This document shows positions 41,115 to 51,748 of a DNA stretch of 64,000 nt, piece after piece; position 1 is the stretch's first letter, and the number at the start of each line of letters is the position of its first letter. This DNA is from Alphaproteobacteria bacterium. Its GTDB lineage: Bacteria; Pseudomonadota; Alphaproteobacteria; CAAHEQ01; UBA3637. Made by a program: the position numbers and the translations under genes. Under the pieces are notes generated by a model. That model did not search any database and was not told the DNA's origin. It was given only the letters and a program-made list of their open reading frames with translations. The stretch covers positions 4,015 through 68,014 of the forward strand of contig JAFTTR010000016.1 of NCBI GenBank assembly GCA_017466695.1, written 5' to 3'.

Positions 41115-41546
41115 ATGATAAAAGAAGGAACCCATCACTTTAACTTATTGAAAGTAAAAAGACTAAAATTAGGTCTTTCGCAAAGTGCTCTTGCCAAAAA
41201 GATTGGAGTGAGCCAACAGCATTGGGATCGTTATGAAAAAGGGTATCCCATTCCTTTGGACAAAGTTATTTCCATCTCAGATCTTTTAGGTATTTCAAAA
41301 TGGGCCCTTTTACCTCCAGAATTTACACCTCAATCAATAGGATATCTGAATAAAACCCTTTTGAGTGAAATTATTATTTCAATAGAAAATCTTATAATTG
41401 AAAAAAAACTTCAATTTTCACCAGAAAATAAAGCAAGACTTATTATTTTACTTTATGAGAAATTATCAAAACGCTCATCAAATGATAATATTCAACAAAA
41501 TATCCGTTCTTTGATTGCAGATTTTTCATTAGATCAATCAGCTTAA
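41115..41546 (+). CDS. XRE-family HTH transcriptional regulator
   Basis: HTH LKLGLSQSALAKKIGVSQQHWDRYEKG; TATAAT hexamer 5 nt before the ATG (possible leaderless or short-leader transcript). Confidence 0.7.
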   Translation: MIKEGTHHFNLLKVKRLKLGLSQSALAKKIGVSQQHWDRYEKGYPIPLDKVISISDLLGISKWALLPPEFTPQSIGYLNKTLLSEIIISIENLIIEKKLQFSPENKARLIILLYEKLSKRSSNDNIQQNIRSLIADFSLDQSA

Positions 41547-41555
41547 GAGTTTTTC

Positions 41556-41954
41556 ATGACACCCACTGACGAAATAAATCTACTGTTCCAACAAGCAGTT
41601 ATTGCAAATTCAAATAAAAAGCCTCTCAATAAAGTAAAATTATTTTCAATTTCTACTTTGGCTCCATTTGTTATATTTGTATTGTTTAGTTTTCCACTCT
41701 ATAATCAAACAAAAAAAGCAGAAAGAGCCTTAAATGAAACAGCTCAAATGGTTGTTTACGATACCACCATATCAAATCAAGAAAAAATTGTATTAAGAAA
41801 ATTGGTTAAACAACTTGCTGAAAAAGAACACAGACACGTTAATAGTATCCATGCCGAATTAAGACACCGATTCAACTATCGCTCCTATCATCATCTTGAT
41901 CAAAGAACATACAATAAGGTGAAAAATTATTTAAGTTTTCGTTTAAGTATGTAA
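41556..41954 (+). CDS. hypothetical membrane protein
   Basis: 132 aa, one TM (LFSISTLAPFVIFVLFSF); basic C-terminal half. Confidence 0.45.
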   Translation: MTPTDEINLLFQQAVIANSNKKPLNKVKLFSISTLAPFVIFVLFSFPLYNQTKKAERALNETAQMVVYDTTISNQEKIVLRKLVKQLAEKEHRHVNSIHAELRHRFNYRSYHHLDQRTYNKVKNYLSFRLSM

Positions 41955-41957
41955 ACG

Positions 41958-42416
41958 TTATTTCCCTTTTTGCCACCGTCTTAAATATTGATAAAATTTT
42001 TGTCTGTCACGTGAATGTTTAAGCTTCGCATCAATAAATCCATTATAGTGCCGTCTTAATGCAACTTTAGGAAAGTCTGGAATGTCAATTTCAACAGTTT
42101 CACCTATTTTAATTTGTCTGAGCGCAGGCTCAAAACATTTTTTATTAATAAATTTATGTAATGAACGCTCAATTAAACAAAAATTTGATACGTGATTCGT
42201 TCCACCACCAGACAATGGTAAAATGTGATGCACATCAAAACCATGTGGAATTTTTCCTCTTTTGGCACGTTCTAAATTAATTACATCTTTATACTGATCT
42301 AAATATCCTTTTCGATATAACCATTTTACAAATTTTTGATTCATATTGCGCCTGTCAAATTCTTTTCTCAAAGCTTTTGTGACGGCAGGTGGTTGTAATG
42401 TAAATTGAAGTGCCAT
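41958..42416 (-). CDS. HNH endonuclease-domain protein
   Basis: 152 aa; HNH core GFDVHHILPLSGGGTNHVSNFCLIERSLH; ATG overlaps the recG stop (coupled). Confidence 0.7.
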   Translation of the reverse strand: MALQFTLQPPAVTKALRKEFDRRNMNQKFVKWLYRKGYLDQYKDVINLERAKRGKIPHGFDVHHILPLSGGGTNHVSNFCLIERSLHKFINKKCFEPALRQIKIGETVEIDIPDFPKVALRRHYNGFIDAKLKHSRDRQKFYQYLRRWQKGK

Positions 42417-42418
42417 TG

Positions 42419-44506
42419 TTACCCCGCTTTCAATGTTAAAATTTCAGTTTCTTTTTGAAACAGATATAATAAAGTACGCAAAGCTTTTCCTCTTTCACTT
42501 TGCAAATTTGGATCTAGTGTTAAAATTGTCTTTGCATCCTGAGCAGCTGTTGCAAGCAACTGATAGTGCATAGCCAAATCTGCCATCTTAAAAACAGGCA
42601 AACCACTTTGACGCACCCCTAACAACTCCCCTGCTCCACGCAATCTCAAATCTTCTTCAGCAATCACAAACCCATTTTCACTTTCACGCATAACTTTTAG
42701 TCTTGCAATTGCTGTTTCTGACAATTTTTTACCATGCAATAATAAGCAAATGGATTTACTTCCACCTCTGCCAACTCGTCCTCTTAATTGATGAAGCCCA
42801 GCTAAACCAAATCGTTCTGCCCCCTCAATTACAATTACACTCGCCGTTGGAACATCCACCCCTACTTCAATGACTGTCGTGGAAACAAGAACATCTAAAT
42901 CACCTGATTTAAATTTTTCCATCACGGCATCTTTCTCTATCCCTTTCATTTTCCCATGAACAAGACCAACACGATCTTTAAAAATTTCTTTTAAAGAATC
43001 AAATCGTTTTTCTGCAGCAATTAAATCCATCTTTTCAGATTCTTGTACCAATGGACAAACCCAATACACTTGAACTTTTTCAGAACTATTTTTAATTTTA
43101 TGAAAAAGTTTTTCCATTACTTCTTGAACTTTTTCACTAGAAATAACTTTCGTTTCAACCGGAATTCTATTCTTTGGTTTTTCATCTAAAAGCGAAATAT
43201 CCATATCCCCATACGTTGTCAAGGCCAGAGTCCTTGGGATTGGAGTCGCCGTCATAACAAGCAAATTCACCCCTTTTTGCTTGCGTGTTAATGCTAAACG
43301 TTGTTGAACACCAAATTTATGTTGCTCATCAATAACCACCAAACCTAGTTTTTGATATTCAACATCTGTTGTAAAAACAGCATGTGTTCCAATTAAAATA
43401 TCAATTTCTCCAGATTTTAATTTTTCCAATATTAAATTTCTTTTCTTTCCTTTTTCACGGCCCGTAAGCAACGCTACGGACACATCTATCCCCTGCAACA
43501 TTTTTTCAAAAGATAAAAAGTGCTGTTGAGCTAAAATATCCGTTGGGGCCATAATCACACCTTGATAACCAGAATCTACAGCCATCAGTAAACTTGCCAA
43601 CGCAACAACCGTCTTTCCACTCCCCACATCCCCTTGGAGTAATCGTATCATTTTATCTGAAGACATCAAGTCATTTCTAATTTCTTGTATAACACGCATC
43701 TGCGCACCCGTCAGTTCAAAAGGGAGTCGTTTTAAAACCTCTTCTTCATAATTTTTAATTTTTTCAAAACAAATTCCCTTTTGCCGTTTATGATGCGATC
43801 TAGCTAAAAAAAGCGCCAACTGGTTTGCTAATAATTCATCATAGGCCAATCGTTTTCTAGCATTTGATGTGGGCAATAAATCATAAGAGCTTTTAGGATG
43901 ATGAGATTTTAATAAAGATGTCTTCCAATCTTGAAACCCTTGTTTTTTCATAAAAGGCAAATCTTGCCATTCAGGCAAATTTGGTAAACAAGCTAAAGCC
44001 TGAGAAATTGATTTTGAAAGCACCTTACCAGACAACCCAGCTGTTAAAGGATAAATTGCTTCATATTCTGGAATTTCTTTCAGGTCATTCACAATATAAT
44101 CAGGATGAAGCATCCCTAATTTTCCAGCAAATTTTTCTATTTTCCCTGATATAAAATACGTTTTACCAACACACAGTTTTTTAGATAAATAATCAGCATG
44201 ATAGTTGAAAAATACCAGTTCAAAATCACAACTATTAAAAGAGCCTTGAATTTTATAAGGAATATTTTTTTTAGGTGGTTTAATATGTTTTTCAACTAAA
44301 AAAGGAATTGTACCTAACTGTCCCAGTCGAATTTCAAACTCATTTTTATACAGGGGACGATAATTCACCCCTGATGGTAATGAAAACACAACATCAACAA
44401 TATAGGGCCCACATAAGGATTCTATTAATTTTGATGTCTTTGGACCTACCCCATTGATTTGAGATACCTGACGAAACAAACCATTCAAACTCTCAGGACG
44501 CATCAA
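42419..44506 (-). CDS. recG: ATP-dependent DNA helicase RecG
   Basis: 695 aa; wedge/OB N-terminal domain, SF2 motifs (GDVGSGKT, DEQH, SAT, QLRGRVGRG). Confidence 0.95.
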   Translation of the reverse strand: MMRPESLNGLFRQVSQINGVGPKTSKLIESLCGPYIVDVVFSLPSGVNYRPLYKNEFEIRLGQLGTIPFLVEKHIKPPKKNIPYKIQGSFNSCDFELVFFNYHADYLSKKLCVGKTYFISGKIEKFAGKLGMLHPDYIVNDLKEIPEYEAIYPLTAGLSGKVLSKSISQALACLPNLPEWQDLPFMKKQGFQDWKTSLLKSHHPKSSYDLLPTSNARKRLAYDELLANQLALFLARSHHKRQKGICFEKIKNYEEEVLKRLPFELTGAQMRVIQEIRNDLMSSDKMIRLLQGDVGSGKTVVALASLLMAVDSGYQGVIMAPTDILAQQHFLSFEKMLQGIDVSVALLTGREKGKKRNLILEKLKSGEIDILIGTHAVFTTDVEYQKLGLVVIDEQHKFGVQQRLALTRKQKGVNLLVMTATPIPRTLALTTYGDMDISLLDEKPKNRIPVETKVISSEKVQEVMEKLFHKIKNSSEKVQVYWVCPLVQESEKMDLIAAEKRFDSLKEIFKDRVGLVHGKMKGIEKDAVMEKFKSGDLDVLVSTTVIEVGVDVPTASVIVIEGAERFGLAGLHQLRGRVGRGGSKSICLLLHGKKLSETAIARLKVMRESENGFVIAEEDLRLRGAGELLGVRQSGLPVFKMADLAMHYQLLATAAQDAKTILTLDPNLQSERGKALRTLLYLFQKETEILTLKAG

Positions 44507-44514
44507 AAAGCCTT

Positions 44515-44964
44515 TTATTTTTTCTTTTTAACTTTTTTCTTGGAACTTTTAAAAGGTCTCTGAGGCTTCACAACCTGACCATTTGGCATTTTTATTGTTC
44601 CATCACGATAAATAACAGATTTAAAAATGTCTTGTTTTTCAAACCGTTTCAAAACCTCACTACAACGCATTAAAGACTTTTTCTTTTGTTCTTGAAAAGC
44701 CTTCAACTTTGCTTTTGCATAAACATTTAAAGCCTCTTTTTCTTCTTTTTCAGTTTTGAGTGGATTTGCAATAATTCGACTTGCAATCATTTCATAATTT
44801 TTAAGTTGATCTGTATCCACCTGGCAGGCAAGCGCAACACCAGCAGAAATTCCCAACTGTTCAGTCAGAGAAACTCCTTTTGCAGTCCGACTGGCTGTCA
44901 TCCCCTCTAAAGGCATCATTAATACAAAACCAAAGCAAAAAAGAACCAAGATATTTTTTTTCAT
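44515..44964 (-). CDS. hypothetical secreted Lys-rich protein
   Basis: 149 aa; signal peptide; K-rich tail SSKKKVKKKK; 9 nt upstream of recG. Confidence 0.45.
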   Translation of the reverse strand: MKKNILVLFCFGFVLMMPLEGMTASRTAKGVSLTEQLGISAGVALACQVDTDQLKNYEMIASRIIANPLKTEKEEKEALNVYAKAKLKAFQEQKKKSLMRCSEVLKRFEKQDIFKSVIYRDGTIKMPNGQVVKPQRPFKSSKKKVKKKK

Positions 44965-45051
44965 TGCTTTTCATCCTTAAAAATTCTATACTGTATCCAT
45001 CTATAGTTATGTTTTTTAACATATTTAAAACCTATTTTCAAGGGGAATTTA

Positions 45052-45702
45052 ATGCTCAGTGGCCCATCTTTTGTTCCTAAAGAACCCCAGAATGCCCTTA
45101 TTCTATTTCATGGATACGGTGCTGATGGTGAAGATTTATTTACATTGACGACTGAATTGAAAAAACACTTTAAAAATATGGCGTTTTTTGCGCCTAATGC
45201 ACCTACAATAACTTTTGGGGGTGGGTACGAATGGTTTTCATTAGATGACTATTTTTCAAAACCAGAACTTGATATTGATTATTTAAAAATTCTTGAAACA
45301 AGAGCTATTGAAAAACTACCTATTGTTGAAGAATATATATCTCAAATTGAAAATCAACTAAACATCAAAAGAAACCACATTTTCATTGCAGGATTTTCCC
45401 AAGGGGGTCTTATTGCTGCTCAAACAGCTTTCAAATCAAACACTTGCTTCAATGGGCTTATTTTAATGTCTCCTGTTCCAATGGCAAGTATTGAAAGCAC
45501 TGCAAAAAAAACGCCCATATTGTTAACAAGAGGTTTACAAGATACGGTTATCCCCCCTCAAGCAGCTCAATTAGTAAAACCATTATTAGTAAGAAACAAT
45601 TTTTCTGTAACCGAATCAAATGATTCCCTTCTAGGACATGGCATCAGCTCACAGCACGTTGAAGCCTTGATTCAATTCATTCAAAAGCATATTAAAAATT
45701 AA
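45052..45702 (+). CDS. alpha/beta hydrolase (phospholipase/carboxylesterase family)
   Basis: 216 aa; nucleophile elbow GFSQGG; Asp/His downstream. Confidence 0.75.
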   Translation: MLSGPSFVPKEPQNALILFHGYGADGEDLFTLTTELKKHFKNMAFFAPNAPTITFGGGYEWFSLDDYFSKPELDIDYLKILETRAIEKLPIVEEYISQIENQLNIKRNHIFIAGFSQGGLIAAQTAFKSNTCFNGLILMSPVPMASIESTAKKTPILLTRGLQDTVIPPQAAQLVKPLLVRNNFSVTESNDSLLGHGISSQHVEALIQFIQKHIKN

Positions 45703-45718
45703 TTTATCGGAGTAACTT

Positions 45719-47497
45719 ATGTCAAAACCTGAAATAAAAAAAGTTAACATTGTTGAAGCCTACAAACGCATGTGGCCATTTGTTAAGCCCTATTGGTTTC
45801 GTTGCCTTTTAGCGACATTAATTACACTCCCAATCGGCGCTCTGGATGCTGTTATTGCTTTAGCTCTCAAACCTTTTATGGATACTGTTGTTATTGAACA
45901 AAATGGAGCAACACCTTTTAATTTACCTTTATATGTCATCCCTGTTTTTATTATTGTATTCACATTGTTTCAATCGGCACTTGAATATGGTTCAGCTTAT
46001 TTAAGCACTTGGACTGGTGGTAAAATTACGCAAGGAATGAAAAAAAAGCTTTATGAAAAATTATTAACATTAGATGCATCATTTTTAGATAATGCTTCTT
46101 CTGGTCTTATTGTGACACGATTTGACTCAGATGCCAATACAGCTTGTTCAGGTCTTTTAAATAATGTTAAAACCTTTACAACAAGAATTTTCTCTTCCTT
46201 AACTTTAATTGGGGTTTTGCTTTACACCTCTTGGCAACTTGCTATTATTGCTATTATTGTTCTTGGTTTTTCACTTTACCCTGTAACAAAGATTAGAAAA
46301 CGTATCAAAAAAATTGTTGCTCAAAGCGTCATTGTTAACGGACAAGTTTTAACAGCTTTCAATGAAACATTTGCTGGCAGTAAAACGATTAAGTCATACA
46401 ATTTACACACATATCAACGTAAAAAATTCTTTGACATTTTAACACAAAGCTTCAAACTTACCATTAAAAACACACAACGTACAGCCTGGCTTTCCCCTGT
46501 TATGCATATGATTATTGCGACTGGAATGGCAGGGGCTATTTGGTATGGAAGCTATTTAATCAAAAGCAAAACCATTACAGCTGGTGATTTTGTTGCATTC
46601 ATGACGGCCATGTTAATGCTTTACACCCCAATTAAAAATATTGGGAAAAATTTCAACGCTGTTCAACTCTCCTTAATGGCAATTGAACGTGTATTTGAAA
46701 TGATTGATATGCCAGTTGCTATTAAGGAAGAAGAAAAAGCAGCCTCCATTCAATCATTGGAAAAAGAAATCTCATTTAAAGATGTTTCGTTTTCTTATAC
46801 TGAAGAAAAGACCATCTTAAAAAATATCAATTTAACCATTCCTAAAGGACAAACAATTGCCTTAGTTGGAAATTCAGGAGGTGGAAAAACAACCGTTGTC
46901 AGTTTAATTCCAAGATTTTATGATGTAACAAAAGGAGCTATTGAAATTGATGGTAAAAACATTAAGGATATCAATTTAACCTCTTTAAGAGACAAAATTG
47001 CTGTTGTTTTTCAAGACAATTTTTTATTCTCTGGCACAATTTTAGACAACATCTTACTTGGGAAACTTGATGCAACAAAAAAAGAAATTGATAGAGCTGT
47101 TAAAATGGCTTGCCTAGATGAATTTATCGCCTCACTTGATAATGGATTAAAAACAGAAATTGGCGAAAGAGGTGTTCTTCTTTCAGGAGGACAAAAACAA
47201 CGCATTGCAATTGCAAGAGCCTTTTTAAAAAACGCACCTATTGTTATTTTAGATGAAGCAACTTCAGCACTCGACAACAAATCTGAAGCCATTGTTCAAC
47301 AAGCTATTGATAATTTAATGAAAGATAGAACGGTGATTGTTATTGCGCATAGATTATCCACCGTTCAAAATGCAAATAAAATTGTTGTTATTAATTCAGG
47401 TGAAATTGTTGAAACAGGCACTCATCAAGAATTACTAGATAAAAAAGAAGCTTACTATACCCTTTATCAAGCCCAATTTAAACATAAAGTAGCCTAA
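45719..47497 (+). CDS. ABC exporter, fused permease/ATPase (MsbA-like)
   Basis: 592 aa; 6-TM N-terminal domain, Walker A GNSGGGKTT, signature LSGGQKQRIAIARA, Walker B ILDEATSALD. Confidence 0.9.
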   Translation: MSKPEIKKVNIVEAYKRMWPFVKPYWFRCLLATLITLPIGALDAVIALALKPFMDTVVIEQNGATPFNLPLYVIPVFIIVFTLFQSALEYGSAYLSTWTGGKITQGMKKKLYEKLLTLDASFLDNASSGLIVTRFDSDANTACSGLLNNVKTFTTRIFSSLTLIGVLLYTSWQLAIIAIIVLGFSLYPVTKIRKRIKKIVAQSVIVNGQVLTAFNETFAGSKTIKSYNLHTYQRKKFFDILTQSFKLTIKNTQRTAWLSPVMHMIIATGMAGAIWYGSYLIKSKTITAGDFVAFMTAMLMLYTPIKNIGKNFNAVQLSLMAIERVFEMIDMPVAIKEEEKAASIQSLEKEISFKDVSFSYTEEKTILKNINLTIPKGQTIALVGNSGGGKTTVVSLIPRFYDVTKGAIEIDGKNIKDINLTSLRDKIAVVFQDNFLFSGTILDNILLGKLDATKKEIDRAVKMACLDEFIASLDNGLKTEIGERGVLLSGGQKQRIAIARAFLKNAPIVILDEATSALDNKSEAIVQQAIDNLMKDRTVIVIAHRLSTVQNANKIVVINSGEIVETGTHQELLDKKEAYYTLYQAQFKHKVA

Positions 47498-47511
47498 AAA
47501 AGGAGGCAAAA

Positions 47512-48894
47512 ATGTACTATAGTTTATTTGAAGTTTTTTCAATTGGAATTGGTCCTTCTAGCTCTCACACTGTGGGACCGATGAAAGCTGCTAAACGCTT
47601 TACTGAAAATTTAATAGCACAAAATAAACTTCAACAAACCACAAAAGTAAAAACAACCCTCTATGGATCTTTAGCATTAACTGGGGTTGGGCATGGTACA
47701 TTAAACGCTGTTATTTATGGTTTAGCAGGATTTGAAGCTGCAGAAATTGATTTAACTTTAAATCCATTAGAAACAATAAAATCAACAAAAACACTTTGTC
47801 TTGGCAATCAAAAAAATATCCCCTTCATATTTGATAAAGATATTCTTTTGGAAAAAGAAACATTTTTAAAAGAACATTCAAATGGACTTAAATTTGAAGC
47901 TATCAATGCAGACGGGAAAACCATTTTTGAGGAGACTTATTTTTCTGTTGGAGGTGGAACCATTGCAAGGCAAGATGAAATTAAGAATAGAATTGCTCGT
48001 TCACAATACAATGTTCCTTATCCTTTTGACAGTTGCGCCGAATTGATTGAATTAACAAAAAAACACAATATGACAATCGATCAAATTGTCATGCAAAATG
48101 AAGAAGCTATTCGTCCGTTTAAAGAAATCAGAGAGGGCATGTATAAAATTCATCAAATTATGCAAGATTCTATTGATGCAGGGATTCATCACAAAGGTGA
48201 ATTACCTGGGGGATTAAATATCAAACGAAGAGCGCCTCAAATATACAAACGATTAAAAGAAAATTTTCTTCAAAATGATGCCGATCCATTAATGGTGATT
48301 GACTGGATTAATTTATGGGCTTTTGCCGTTTCTGAAGAAAATGCCTGTGGGGGAAAAATCGTGACAGCTCCAACAATGGGTTCTTCTGGGATTATTCCAG
48401 CCGTTATGCGTTACTATCAAAGATTTGCTGCCCCTAAATCACCTTTTCAAGTCGAGATTGGAAATGGCATTTTCTTATTAACAGCATCAGCTATTTGTTC
48501 ACTTTATCGCACAAATGCTTCTATTTCTGGCGCTGAAGTAGGCTGTCAGGGTGAAGTTGGTGTTGCCTGCTCAATGGCTGCAGCCGGTCTAACAGCAGCA
48601 ATGGGTGGTGATCCAAAACAAATCGAAAATGCTGCAGAAATTGCAATGGAACATAATTTGGGTTTAACATGCGATCCAATAGCTGGACTTGTTCAAATTC
48701 CTTGCATCGAAAGAAATGCTATGGGGGCAACAAAAGCTGTTAATGCAGCAAGACTTGCTTTACGTGGTTCTGGAGAACACATTGTCAGCTTAGATAGCGT
48801 TATTAAAACAATGTATGAAACAGGAAAACATCTCAATAGCATGTATAAAGAAACCTCTCTTGGTGGCCTTGCAGTTAACGCTCTTACTTGCTAA
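47512..48894 (+). CDS. sdaA: L-serine dehydratase (single-chain, Fe-S)
   Basis: N-terminus [20 protein letters not shown] is nearly identical in pattern to E. coli Sda[21 protein letters not shown]. Confidence 0.92.
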   Translation: MYYSLFEVFSIGIGPSSSHTVGPMKAAKRFTENLIAQNKLQQTTKVKTTLYGSLALTGVGHGTLNAVIYGLAGFEAAEIDLTLNPLETIKSTKTLCLGNQKNIPFIFDKDILLEKETFLKEHSNGLKFEAINADGKTIFEETYFSVGGGTIARQDEIKNRIARSQYNVPYPFDSCAELIELTKKHNMTIDQIVMQNEEAIRPFKEIREGMYKIHQIMQDSIDAGIHHKGELPGGLNIKRRAPQIYKRLKENFLQNDADPLMVIDWINLWAFAVSEENACGGKIVTAPTMGSSGIIPAVMRYYQRFAAPKSPFQVEIGNGIFLLTASAICSLYRTNASISGAEVGCQGEVGVACSMAAAGLTAAMGGDPKQIENAAEIAMEHNLGLTCDPIAGLVQIPCIERNAMGATKAVNAARLALRGSGEHIVSLDSVIKTMYETGKHLNSMYKETSLGGLAVNALTC

Positions 48895-48965
48895 TAAAAA
48901 ATTATTGACAGAAAAATAATTTTCTGTTATACTCACTCCATTATTAATTAAATTATGGAGCTCTA

Positions 48966-49757
48966 ATGGATTTACACCAAGATAAAAGAAATATAACAAT
49001 TCGTGAACTTTGCACAGACATATCAAACTTTTTTGAGGTAACACCTATTCACATTTTCACAAACTCTTTGCTCGAAAAAAGGCTCGACACGCACAAAAAA
49101 ACAGCTGGAAGGAATATTGTTCTACTTGTATCCAATGGTGTTGAAGAAGCGCAAACAAATATAACCCCTTCACGTGTGAATAACTCTATACGCATTTTAA
49201 ACCACTACAACTTAAATGATTCCCACGTTGTTAAATTAGGGCATGATAGAAGTCAATTGATATACAATGACGTTGTCAATTTCATCAACAGAAAAACAAA
49301 TCAAGAATTGCCTCCTCATTCTCAAGCAACATTGCTTTCACATACAAATTACCCTTCTGATCAAGCTATATTAGAACAGATTCAAAATGTTATTCGAAAC
49401 AAAAAAGAACCTCAATTTGTTACAGCTTTTCTGAGTTCAACTTTTTTAACACAAACAGGAACTTTAAATCAAAATGCATTACCTATTTCTAATTTAATTG
49501 AAAATTTAAATGGCTCAGGAACACTTTATCTTTTAACATCAACTCATGAATTAGCTCAAAAAACAAAAGAAGCAAGTTCAAATACATTTAAAACACACAT
49601 TCAACCAATTGTTCCCCTTCTTGTTGCAGCTGAATTATTAAGACATTCAAAAAATCATAAAATATCTGTTCAAGAACCAATTGATTGGAGAAGAAATCAT
49701 AAAGATAAAATTGATTTTTCTTGTTTAGCTAGAATATATCACGGCCACAACAGATAA
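48966..49757 (+). CDS. hypothetical protein (no signal peptide, no motif)
   Basis: 263 aa; Asn/Thr/Gln-rich; followed by a strong terminator. Confidence 0.45.
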   Translation: MDLHQDKRNITIRELCTDISNFFEVTPIHIFTNSLLEKRLDTHKKTAGRNIVLLVSNGVEEAQTNITPSRVNNSIRILNHYNLNDSHVVKLGHDRSQLIYNDVVNFINRKTNQELPPHSQATLLSHTNYPSDQAILEQIQNVIRNKKEPQFVTAFLSSTFLTQTGTLNQNALPISNLIENLNGSGTLYLLTSTHELAQKTKEASSNTFKTHIQPIVPLLVAAELLRHSKNHKISVQEPIDWRRNHKDKIDFSCLARIYHGHNR

Positions 49758-49785
49758 CTTTTTAAGAGATTTTATATTTTTCACT

Positions 49786-49824
49786 CAAAAACAAGAGCGC
49801 TTTTTTAAGCGCTCTTGTTTTTAT
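49786..49824. terminator. bidirectional rho-independent terminator
   Basis: 12-bp perfect stem acaagagcgctt / aagcgctcttgt, loop tttt, A5 and T5 flanks; between convergent genes. Confidence 0.85.
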
Positions 49825-49827
49825 TCT

Positions 49828-50799
49828 CTACTTTAAATTCTTTAATGTTTGAAACATAATATCAAAAAAACTTTTTTCATTCACCTTTCGAATAACATTT
49901 ACCAAGAACCCTTCATCATCAATAAGAGTTTTACCCCTTGTATTTGTTAAATCAATTTTAAGTGGTATCTTTTCTTGAACAAAAATCGATGGCTCAATTA
50001 AATATGCCATCGCAACGGCATCATGTATAGCTCGGACAGGGTCATTCTTGTTTTTTCGTAATGCCCCATAATCTAAAACATCCTCTGGTCCCACAGTTGC
50101 AAGCATATCAGCAACAGATATGCCCATCCAACCAATAGAACGTAACTTTTTATCAATTTCACCATTATATAAAATTTTTCGTGTTACGTCCAACCCTATT
50201 AAATTAATCTGTTTTATCTTAGAACTCAAAACTTGATGAACAGCTTCTGGATCAGTGGCAAAATTATATTCTGCATAAGTTTTACCTCCATCATATGAAA
50301 TATTGCCAAATCTGTTGTGAATATGTTCTTTAAAAACACACCCACCCATAATTGTTAAACTAGGTATATTTGTTGCTATTAATGAATTTCTTTTTAAAGC
50401 ATGCGCTATATTTGTTTGAGGAGCCAATGCACACAAATGAATATTTGATTGACTACTATACAAATCACTCAAAAAGTCAGAAGCACTTACAGAGGATATA
50501 TTTCCTTTTAAACAGGGCCAATAAGATGTCCCATCCATCCCAGAATATCCAAAAACATCTTCAAGCGTCACATGTTTTTGTTTTAATGGTTTAGTTGCAC
50601 CTTTATAAATTGGAATATCTTCTCTTTTTGCTAATGAGAGTATTTTGCAAGCGTTTTGTAATGTTTTATCAACACCAACATTTCCTGCAACAACCGAGAG
50701 TGCCTTTACCTTAATATTTTCAGCACCCAACGCCATCAAAATAGCAAGCGCATCGTCTTGTCCTGGATCGCAATCAATTACAATTTCTTTTATGCTCAT
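49828..50799 (-). CDS. inosine-uridine preferring nucleoside hydrolase
   Basis: N-terminal aspartate cluster DCDPGQDDALAIL (IUNH signature DxDxxxDD). Confidence 0.9.
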   Translation of the reverse strand: MSIKEIVIDCDPGQDDALAILMALGAENIKVKALSVVAGNVGVDKTLQNACKILSLAKREDIPIYKGATKPLKQKHVTLEDVFGYSGMDGTSYWPCLKGNISSVSASDFLSDLYSSQSNIHLCALAPQTNIAHALKRNSLIATNIPSLTIMGGCVFKEHIHNRFGNISYDGGKTYAEYNFATDPEAVHQVLSSKIKQINLIGLDVTRKILYNGEIDKKLRSIGWMGISVADMLATVGPEDVLDYGALRKNKNDPVRAIHDAVAMAYLIEPSIFVQEKIPLKIDLTNTRGKTLIDDEGFLVNVIRKVNEKSFFDIMFQTLKNLK

Positions 50800-50803
50800 T
50801 TAT

Positions 50804-51748
50804 TTACCGCAAAATAAAATCAACTCGTTCTTTGAATGATAAATTTTTAGGGTAAGAATCTATTTCTTTTAAAATATGGACTAACCCTTTTTGATTCGCT
50901 ATTTGAATTGCTAACCCTGGACGAGCGTTTAACTCTAACATCATAGGACCCAGCTCTTTATCCATCACAATATCAGCTCCCAAATATCCAAGACCTGTCA
51001 TATCATATCCTTTTGAAGCAATTTCCAAATGTGTACGCCAATCAGGAACTTTTAATGTTAACAGGTCAGCCCCTGTATCTGGATGATATGAAATAGGCAT
51101 ATTATGTTGAACAGCTGCCAAAGCTTTCCCTGTTTTAATATCGATACCGACACCAACAGCTCCTTGGTGCAAATTGGCTCGCCCTCCTGATTCTTTTGTT
51201 GCAAGTCGCATCATAGCAATAGCTGGATATCCCTTATAAACAATAATACGCACATCTGGAATCCCTTGAAAGCTATAATCTTTAAATTGATCTGAAAAAG
51301 AAACAACCTCCTCAATAATTGCTTCATCATATTGACCACCCAAACTATATAATCCACTTAATACATTTGAGATGTGTTGGTAAACTTCTGTGAATTTTAT
51401 AACTTTATTTGAAGCCGTTCTAAAATGATTTTGTGTGTAATGTTTAATAACTAAAACCCCTTTACCCCCGCTTCCATGAGCTGGTTTTATGACAAATCCT
51501 TTCCATCCTTTTACCATTTGAAGAAAATTTTTCACTTCATACTGCGCTTTTATAACACCTATTAATCTTGGCGTTTGAATCCCAACCGTTGTTGCCAACT
51601 CTTTTGTTTTTACCTTATCATCAACCAATGGATATAATCGTCTTGAATTATGTAATCCAATAATTGAAAAATTACGATAATTCATATTTAAGACACCTGC
51701 TTTTTTCAAAGCCCAAGGAGATGCAAACATTCTAAAAAATTTAAACAT
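50804..51748 (-). CDS. ATP-grasp enzyme, alpha-L-glutamate ligase-like (RimK-related)
   Basis: 314 aa; ATP-grasp core GFVIKPAHGSGGKGVLVI ... DIVMDKELGPMMLELNARPGL. Confidence 0.75.
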   Translation of the reverse strand: MFKFFRMFASPWALKKAGVLNMNYRNFSIIGLHNSRRLYPLVDDKVKTKELATTVGIQTPRLIGVIKAQYEVKNFLQMVKGWKGFVIKPAHGSGGKGVLVIKHYTQNHFRTASNKVIKFTEVYQHISNVLSGLYSLGGQYDEAIIEEVVSFSDQFKDYSFQGIPDVRIIVYKGYPAIAMMRLATKESGGRANLHQGAVGVGIDIKTGKALAAVQHNMPISYHPDTGADLLTLKVPDWRTHLEIASKGYDMTGLGYLGADIVMDKELGPMMLELNARPGLAIQIANQKGLVHILKEIDSYPKNLSFKERVDFILR

